Shown: piece after piece, positions 56,013-64,000 of the stretch | How the letters are laid out: the number at the start of each line of letters is the position of its first letter | How positions within the stretch are numbered: the first letter of the stretch is position 1 | Origin: Pseudomonadota bacterium | GTDB taxonomy: Bacteria; Pseudomonadota; Gammaproteobacteria; Steroidobacterales; Steroidobacteraceae | Direction: 5' to 3' | DNA: 64,000 nt | Assembly: GCA_021838635.1 (NCBI GenBank) | Contig: JAKCDC010000007.1 | Location: forward strand, 35,968 to 99,967 | The notes under the pieces: model-generated | Seen by the model: the letters and a program-made list of their open reading frames with translations, nothing else | What the model was told of the DNA's origin: nothing | Database searches by the model: none | Translations under genes and position numbers: made by a program

Positions 56013-56129
56013 ATGGGCAAGGGCGACATCAGAACCCGCCGCGGCAAGATTTATCGTGGCTCATTCGGCAAGACCCGCGCGAAGGATCCCGCGGCCAAGA
56101 AGACCAAGCGCACGACGACCCGCAAGTAA
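56013..56129 (+). CDS. 30S ribosomal protein THX (38 aa)
   Basis: Not in ORF track (under 60 aa). It lies behind a gaggag RBS. MGKGDIRTRRGKIYRGSFGKTRAKDPAAKKTKRTTTRK matches Thermus THX ([20 protein letters not shown]...). Confidence 0.8.
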   Translation: MGKGDIRTRRGKIYRGSFGKTRAKDPAAKKTKRTTTRK

Positions 56130-56201
56130 ATTCGTTCCAGATCCCGAGGTTTGGCGCGCCCGCGGCCGAGTCCGCGGCCGGCCAGGAAGCCGGAAGAGTC
56201 T

Positions 56202-56849
56202 ATGACCACGTCGCATTTTCACTGGCGCCCCCACCCCTGGCACGGCTTGGAGCCGGGTCCGGACTGCCCGGAAGTGGTGACCGCCTATATCGAAATCACC
56301 CCGTTCGATCTGGTCAAGTACGAGGTCGACAAGGAAACCGGTTACCTGCGAGTCGACCGGCCGCAGCGGACTTCCTCGCAGCCTCCGGCGCTGTACGGAT
56401 TCATCCCCCAGACCTACTGCGGGGAGCGGGTGAGGCGTCTGGCACCGGGCTGTGATCGCGGCGACGGCGACCCGCTCGACATCTGCGTGATCAGCGAACG
56501 GCCGATCGCCCACTCCGAGGTGCTGCTGCGGGCACGCATCCTCGGCGGTCTGAAGATCGTCGATCGCGGCGAAGCCGACGACAAGATCGTCGCGGTGCTC
56601 GAGGGCGATTACGTCTGGGGTCATGCCCGTGAGCTGAGCGAGCTGCCGGCGACGCTCATCGAGCGCCTGGAGCATTACTTCGCGACCTACAAGCTCGTGC
56701 CGGGCGAGCCGCAGCACATCAAGATCATCGGGCGCTATGGTCACATCGAGGCGGCGGCGGTGATCCGTGCGGCGCTCGAGGACTACCGCGAGGCGTACGG
56801 GAACATCGAGTCGCCGGTGCCGGGCGGCGGCCTCGTTCAGCACCGCTAA
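56202..56849 (+). CDS. ppa: Inorganic pyrophosphatase (family I, divergent)
   Basis: [19 protein letters not shown], the Y(G)FIPQT motif, DGDPLD and KIVAV. ATG 56202 within ORF 56151-56849. Confidence 0.8.
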   Translation: MTTSHFHWRPHPWHGLEPGPDCPEVVTAYIEITPFDLVKYEVDKETGYLRVDRPQRTSSQPPALYGFIPQTYCGERVRRLAPGCDRGDGDPLDICVISERPIAHSEVLLRARILGGLKIVDRGEADDKIVAVLEGDYVWGHARELSELPATLIERLEHYFATYKLVPGEPQHIKIIGRYGHIEAAAVIRAALEDYREAYGNIESPVPGGGLVQHR

Positions 56850-56850
56850 G

Positions 56851-57552
56851 TCAGGCCGGTTTCGGTTCGATCCACAGCGCGCGGGCGCTGGCGCAGAGGC
56901 CGCCATCTTCGCCGACCACGGCCGTTCCCGCGCCGTGCTTGCGCCCTTCGGATTCCAGGGCCCAACCGATCACGGTGCAGCGCTCTCCGACGTGCGCGAG
57001 CCGATTGACGTGCGCGGTAATTTCCCCGAGCAGCATCATGCGGTCATCGGTGCTCACGGCGTAGAAGCCCGGGCAGTCGAGCGCGGCCGACATGAACTCG
57101 GGGCGTACTTTGCCGTCGCCCTGGTCGAGTGAGGCATCGGGTACCCAGGGGGCGGCTACCAGGGCCCGTTCCGGCAGCGCCCCGGCGAAGATTCGCATGC
57201 CGTCCCCGCGCGGCCGATCAGTGCCGCACACGAAGCAGGTCGGAAAGCGGTGGTGATGGAAACCGGCATATCGGCGCGAGGCCTCGACCGCCTCGAAATA
57301 CTGGGGCGCGGGCGGTGCGGTGAGCGAGAGTCGCGCCGGCTGTGCCGTCGCGATGCGCTCCCCGCCCTGCATCACCGTCAGTGTCCCGTCCGGCAGCGGC
57401 TGCACCTGAAGCGCCTGTTCAAGTGGCGGGGGGCGCAGCAGCCGCACCGTGACCGTCTGGCCGGCGCGCGCCGCGAGGCTGCCGGCAAAATAGCCCCCGT
57501 TGGCCGATTCGGCCGGGCCACGGAACCGCTTGGCAATGCTGAACGTGAACAT
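56851..57552 (-). CDS. Hotdog-fold (PaaI/thioesterase-like) protein of unknown specificity
   Basis: FPTCFVCG motif and a C-terminal hotdog-like core. 233 aa, convergent with ppa with a 1-nt gap. Confidence 0.6.
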   Translation of the reverse strand: MFTFSIAKRFRGPAESANGGYFAGSLAARAGQTVTVRLLRPPPLEQALQVQPLPDGTLTVMQGGERIATAQPARLSLTAPPAPQYFEAVEASRRYAGFHHHRFPTCFVCGTDRPRGDGMRIFAGALPERALVAAPWVPDASLDQGDGKVRPEFMSAALDCPGFYAVSTDDRMMLLGEITAHVNRLAHVGERCTVIGWALESEGRKHGAGTAVVGEDGGLCASARALWIEPKPA

Positions 57553-57608
57553 ATCGCTTTCCCGGAGTGCTCACGATACCACCGGCCCCGCGGCCGCGCA
57601 GGGTCGCC

Positions 57609-58387
57609 TCAGAAGCCTGCCCGCCCGCGCAGCGTTTGCAGCCACTCGGCTGGATCCTCGCCGCGCTCCAGCACCTCCACCAGCGCCGAGCCGACCACCA
57701 CGCCATCGACATGCCCGCGCAGCCGTTCGAGCTGCTCGCGGCTGCGGATACCGAATCCGGCGCAGACTGGAATGCGCGCCCGGCGCCGGACTCGGTCGAG
57801 ATAGTCGGTGACTTCCGCCGGCACGCTCACGGTGCGTCCGGTGGTGCCGGTCGCCGTGACCGCATAGAGAAATCCCTGGCTGCGCGCGCAGATGCGCTCC
57901 AGGCGCTCCTCTGGCGTCACGGGAGTGACCATCTGCACCAGCGCAAGTCCGCGTGCCGCAAGCGTCTCGTGCAGCGTCTCGCCTTCATCAAACGGGAGGT
58001 CCGGCACGATGAGTCCGGCGACGGCCGCACGCTCGGCGGCCCGCGCCAGCGGTTCAAGACCGAAGGCGAGCAGCGGGTTGAGGTAGCTCATCAGCAACAG
58101 CGGCGTTTCGAGCGCCGGCGCCAGGGCCGCGAGCTCCTCGAGGATCCAGCGCAGGCTCACGCCCTGTTCGAGTGCGATGCGGCTGGAGCGCTGGATGGTC
58201 ATGCCGTCGGCCATGGGGTCGGTGAACGGGACTCCGATCTCGATCACGTCGGCCGCCGCCGCGATCCGGCGCAGATCGGACTGGAAGCGCTCGCGGCTCG
58301 GGAAGCCGGCGGTGAGGTAGGCCACGACGGCCGGTTCGCCCCGCGCGTGGGCTGCGCTGATGGCCGCGCCGATGCGTTCATGTGCGT

Positions 58388-58391
<4 letters not shown>
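57609..58391 (-). CDS. trpA: Tryptophan synthase alpha chain
   Basis: Start at MNAHERIG (complement of 58389-58391), overlapping the trpB stop (ATGA). The motifs are [13 protein letters not shown] and GFGIRSREQ. Confidence 0.9.
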
Positions 58392-59613
<1,222 letters not shown>

Positions 59614-59617
<4 letters not shown>

Positions 59618-60207
59618 GTCGGCTCCTGCACTGCGGCGCACCCCATGCGCGCCGCCTTCACGAATCGTTCTATGGCTAGCGGATCTTTCAGCCCCGGGCG
59701 CGCCTCGACACCGCTCGAGACGTCGACACCGAACGGCCGGACCGCTGCGATGGCCGCGGCAACGTTGACCGGATCGAGGCCTCCGGCGAGCACCAGCTCG
59801 CTGCGCCGCGCCGCCTCGGCCGCGGCGCTCCAGTCGCAGGTCTGGCCGACACCGCTCACGGTACCCTCGAATAACACCCGCGGCGGCAGCGCGCCGCCGG
59901 CCCCGCGCAGCACCGGCAGCCGCTCGAGCTGCTGCGGCAGCCGCAACCGCTCGAGGTCCGCCGCATCACTTTGCAGCACATCGGGGCGCAAGACCGCGAG
60001 GATCTCATCGATCTCGTTCTGGCCGGGATGACGGGTCACCGCCACGCAGCGCATCTTGCCGCGGACCGCCTCGGCCAGCACCGCTGCGCGCTGTGCGCTG
60101 ACCCGGCGCACCGATTCGGCGAACACGAAGCCGACGGCATCGGCGCCAGCGCCCACGGCCGCCTCGAGCGCCTCGGGCGTCGTCATGCCGCAGATCTTGA
60201 TCCACAT
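59614..60207 (-). CDS. trpF: Phosphoribosylanthranilate isomerase
   Basis: MWIKICGMT...GADAVGFVF...LAGGL. Confidence 0.9.
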
Positions 60208-60208
60208 C

Positions 60209-61039
60209 TCAGCGCTCCGCCTGGCCGGCGCGGCCCGCGGTGCTCATCGCCGCGGCGAGCGTGGCGGGGTCCGGCGCGCGCATCAGCGCGCTGCCGACCA
60301 GCGCCAAGTCATAGCCTGCCCGGCCCATGCGATGCGCATCCTCGGCGCTCGAGACGCCGCTCTCGGCCACCCGCGGCAGCGTCCGAGGCAGCAGCGGCGC
60401 GAGCGTCTCGAGCCGGCTCGGGACCACCTCGAGCGTGCTCAGGTCGCGGCTGTTGAGGCCGGCGAGCAGTCCGGCGGTGCCGACTCGCCCGAGGAGTGCG
60501 TGCAGCCGCTCGATGTCCGCGGCATCGAACGTCTCGAGCAGCGCGAACAGACCGAGCAGACGGGCACGCGCGATCATCGCATCGAGCCGTTCGTCCGAGA
60601 GCATGCGCACGATGAGCAGCACACCGCCGGCGCCCGCGGCGCGGGCCTCGGCGATCTGATACGGATCGACCAGGAAGTCTTTGCGCATTGCCGGCACCCC
60701 GAGTGGCGCGAGGATCTCGGTCGCACCGCGCAGATGCGCCAGCGTGCCGTCGAATCGCGTCGGTTCGGTCAGCACCGAGACGGCCGCCGCCCTCGCCGCG
60801 GCATAGGCACGCACCTGTGCGGCCACGTCCGTAGCGCTGCTGCCGAGTGCCCCGATGGCCGGGGAGCGCAGTTTCAGCTCCGCAATGATCCCGAACTGCC
60901 CGCGCGACCAGCCGAGCGCCGGTGCGGGCGGCTCGGCGCGGGCCCGCTCGAGCATGCGCTCCTCGGGGCAGACGCGGCGCGCCGCCTCCGCCCGCGCATG
61001 GCTGGAGGCGGCCATCTGCGCCAGGAAGTCACCGCCCAT
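60209..61039 (-). CDS. trpC: Indole-3-glycerol-phosphate synthase
   Basis: IIAELKLRSP, SVLTEPTRFDG, RKDFLVDPYQI. Confidence 0.9.
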   Translation of the reverse strand: MGGDFLAQMAASSHARAEAARRVCPEERMLERARAEPPAPALGWSRGQFGIIAELKLRSPAIGALGSSATDVAAQVRAYAAARAAAVSVLTEPTRFDGTLAHLRGATEILAPLGVPAMRKDFLVDPYQIAEARAAGAGGVLLIVRMLSDERLDAMIARARLLGLFALLETFDAADIERLHALLGRVGTAGLLAGLNSRDLSTLEVVPSRLETLAPLLPRTLPRVAESGVSSAEDAHRMGRAGYDLALVGSALMRAPDPATLAAAMSTAGRAGQAER

Positions 61040-62043
61040 GGGCTGCCACCACCCGTTCCAAGCGCGCCAGCAGGTCGGCCGCGGCTCCGCTGTCGATCAC
61101 TCCTGCGGCCCGCTCAATGCCCGCGTGCGGACTGCTCACCGCGCCCGCCACCTCCAGGGCGAGCGCCGCCCCGAGCAGCAGACAGTCGCGGTGCGCACCG
61201 CGCGCCTCGGCGCAGAGCACTGCACGCAGCGCCGCGGCATTGTGTTCGGCGTCACCGCCGGCGAGGGCCGCCGAGGAGCAGGAGTCGAGCCCGTAATCCT
61301 CGGGCCGGCGGACCTCGCACCGCACCTGCCCCGGGCGCACGTCGAACAGCGTGAACGGTCCGACCGGGGTCGGCTCGTCCCAGCCCTCCGCGCCGTGCAC
61401 CACGAAGGCCCGCTCGATCTGCATGCCGGCGAGGCTCTCGGCCATCAGCTGCGCCACGGGCAGGCTGAACGCGCCGATCAGCCGCAGCGGCGGATGCGCC
61501 GGGTTGGTGAGCGGGCCGAGAATGTTGAATACCGTGCGCACCCCGAGGGCGCGGCGCGCTGCGCCGACCGCTTGCGTGGCCGAGTGATAGTGCGGCGCAA
61601 ACAGGAACGTAAAGCCGCAGGCGGCCAGACATTCTCCCGCCGCGTGCTCATCGAGCGGCATGGGCAGGCCGAGGGCCTCGAGCACATCGGCGCTGCCGGC
61701 GCGACTCGAGACAGACCGGTTGCCGTGTTTGATCACCGGCAGGCCGCAGGCGGCCGTCAGCAGCGCCGTGCCGGTGGAGATGTTCAGACTGCCGGAGCGG
61801 TCCCCGCCGGTCCCCACGATGTCGATGGCACGCAAGCCGGGCGGCAGCAGCGGGGGACGGGCCAACCGGCGCATCGCCTCGGCGAAACCGCGTACCTCGT
61901 CGGCCACCTCGCCTTTGGCGCGCAGCGCGGCGAGCACCGCGCCGATCATCGCCGGTGCGGCCGTCCCGTCGGTCAGCAGGCCGAGCAGCAGTTCGGCCTC
62001 GGGTTGAGTGAGATCGGTGCCCTCGAGCAGCCGCTCGAGCAGC

Positions 62044-62060
<17 letters not shown>
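61029..62060 (-). CDS. trpD: Anthranilate phosphoribosyltransferase
   Basis: Start at [14 protein letters not shown] (complement of 62058-62060). [17 protein letters not shown], and [11 protein letters not shown]. Confidence 0.9.
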
Positions 62061-62657
<597 letters not shown>

Positions 62658-62658
<1 letters not shown>

Positions 62659-64000
62659 CAGAACCCCTCCCGGGCCATCTCGAGCGCTCGCGCCATCGCG
62701 CCGCTCTTGGCCAGCACTTCGGCATGTTCGGCCTCCGGCACGCTGTCAGCGACGATGCCCGCGCCCGCCTGGTAGCTGTACTCATCGCCGCGGAACACCA
62801 ACGTGCGGATGGTGATGGCGTGATCCATGTCGCCGCCGGCGCCGAAGTAGCCGACCGTGCCGCCGTAGAGGCCTCGGTTGACCGGCTCGAGCTCATCGAT
62901 GATCTGCATGGCGCGCACCTTCGGGGCGCCGACCAGGGTTCCGGCCGGGAATGCCGCGGCAAACAGGTCGAAGGCATCGGTGCCGGCGGCGAGCCGGCCG
63001 TTGACGCCGCTGACCATGTGCATCACGTGGCTGTAGCGCTCGATCGAGCGGTACGGTTCGACCGTGACACTGCCGGCCTGTGCGACTCGGCCGAGGTCGT
63101 TGCGCGCCAGGTCGACAAGCATGACGTGCTCGGCGTTCTCCTTCGGGTCGGCGCGTAGTTCCGCCTCGCGGGCCTGATCGATCGCCGGGTCGTCCGCGCG
63201 CGGCCGGGTGCCGGCGATCGGCCGCAGTCGGGCGATGCCGTCGTTCAGCCGCACCAGCGCCTCGGGCGAGGAGCCGACCACCGTGACATCCCCGAGCGCA
63301 CAGTAGTACATGTAGGGCGAGGGGTTGATCATGCGCAGCGCCCGGTAGGCTTGGAAGGGGTCGAGCGCGTGTCGGCCGGAGAAGCGGCTGGAGAGCACCA
63401 GCTGGTAGACGTCGCCCGCGGCGATATACTCCTTGATCCGCTCGACGCCCGAGAGATACTGCGCGCGACTGCTCGAGGCCTCTGCGGGGCTGCAGTCTCC
63501 GCCGCGCGCGCGCGCCGGCAGCGCACCGCGCAGGGCCTGGATGATCTCCTGACGCAGTCGCTGCCGGTCCGCTTCGTTGCCGGCGTGCAGCAGCGCGATG
63601 CCCCGCGTCAGATGATCGAACACGAGCAGCGAGCTCGGTGCGACATAGTGCAGCGCCGGCACCTCCGAGGGCTTCCCGGCCGGTACCGCCAGGCGCTCGA
63701 AGAAGCGCACCACGTCGTACGCGGCGTAGCCGACCAGTCCGCCGGCGAGCGGCATGCCCGGCAGTTGCGGCCCGGGTACGGCGGTGCGCCGGAGGGCGCT
63801 GCGCAGGCCCTCGAGCAATTCCGAGCCGCTGCGCGGGACCGGCCGGCGTTCGGCGCCGATCTGCAAACCCGAGTGCGTCAGGCGGACCGTGAGCGCCTCG
63901 CCGAAGCCGATGAACGAATATCGCCCGAGGCGCTCCCCGCCCTCGACGCTCTCGAGCAGAAAGTGCGGGGCGAAGGCGCTGAGTTTCATGAACGCCGAGA
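62658..64000 (-). CDS. trpE: Anthranilate synthase component I (partial; N-terminus lies beyond the window)
   Basis: [28 protein letters not shown] and IVADS. The frame stays open to the window edge, and the M at 63989 aligns to an internal position of TrpE. Confidence 0.9.

Noticed and set aside
63987-63989. ATG ([19 protein letters not shown]) as the trpE start codon given by the ORF track.
   Set aside because: In TrpE proteins the LLESVxGGE motif is preceded by about 40-50 residues. The frame is still open to the window edge, so the gene is truncated by the window.

Overview
This is a high-GC (about 70%) chromosomal core segment from a gammaproteobacterium. Gene content resembles the Xanthomonadales/Nevskiales style: an acyl-ornithine carbamoyltransferase-type arginine operon, ribosomal protein THX, and dapF-DUF484-xerC-hslVU synteny. 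I can support about 60 CDS, one tRNA-Arg(CCG), one decayed gene (gabD), several intrinsic terminators and a few regulatory sites. I found no transposase, phage integrase, CRISPR array or recognisable defence island. Main blocks, in order: pyc (partial), iaaA, a divergent FlhD-like/FlhC-like pair coupled to nudC and an NRDE gene, tamAB, an 8-gene arginine operon (argR-argG-X-argC-argD-argF'-argB-argH), mmsA, algZ/algR-like two-component system, dapF-DUF484-xerC, hslVU, cytochrome c4 plus two tandem dsbA, engB, decayed gabD, polA, a low-GC outer-membrane-protein/exported truncated haemoglobin pair, small lipoprotein, thioesterase, maiA, mmsB-like, amtB, ubiK, cytochrome c5, tRNA-Arg, a 1268-aa c-di-GMP enzyme, DUF481 outer-membrane protein, GST, ubiE-ubiJ-ubiB, korC-korA-korB, RRM protein, THX, ppa, and a complete trpEGDCFBA operon. 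The best candidates for new biology are: (1) an uncharacterised P-loop protein translationally coupled inside the arginine operon, which lacks argA/argJ/argE and has a carbamoyltransferase with Ala at the acetyl/succinyl specificity position; (2) an orphan FlhC-family regulator with a divergent protein that looks like a tandem FlhD repeat, outside any flagellar or ICE context; (3) a c-di-GMP enzyme carrying both a hemerythrin and a globin-type sensor domain; (4) a compositionally foreign operon pairing a beta-barrel outer-membrane protein with a signal-peptide-bearing truncated haemoglobin. All homology calls come from reading the translations and recalling family motifs; no database search was run.
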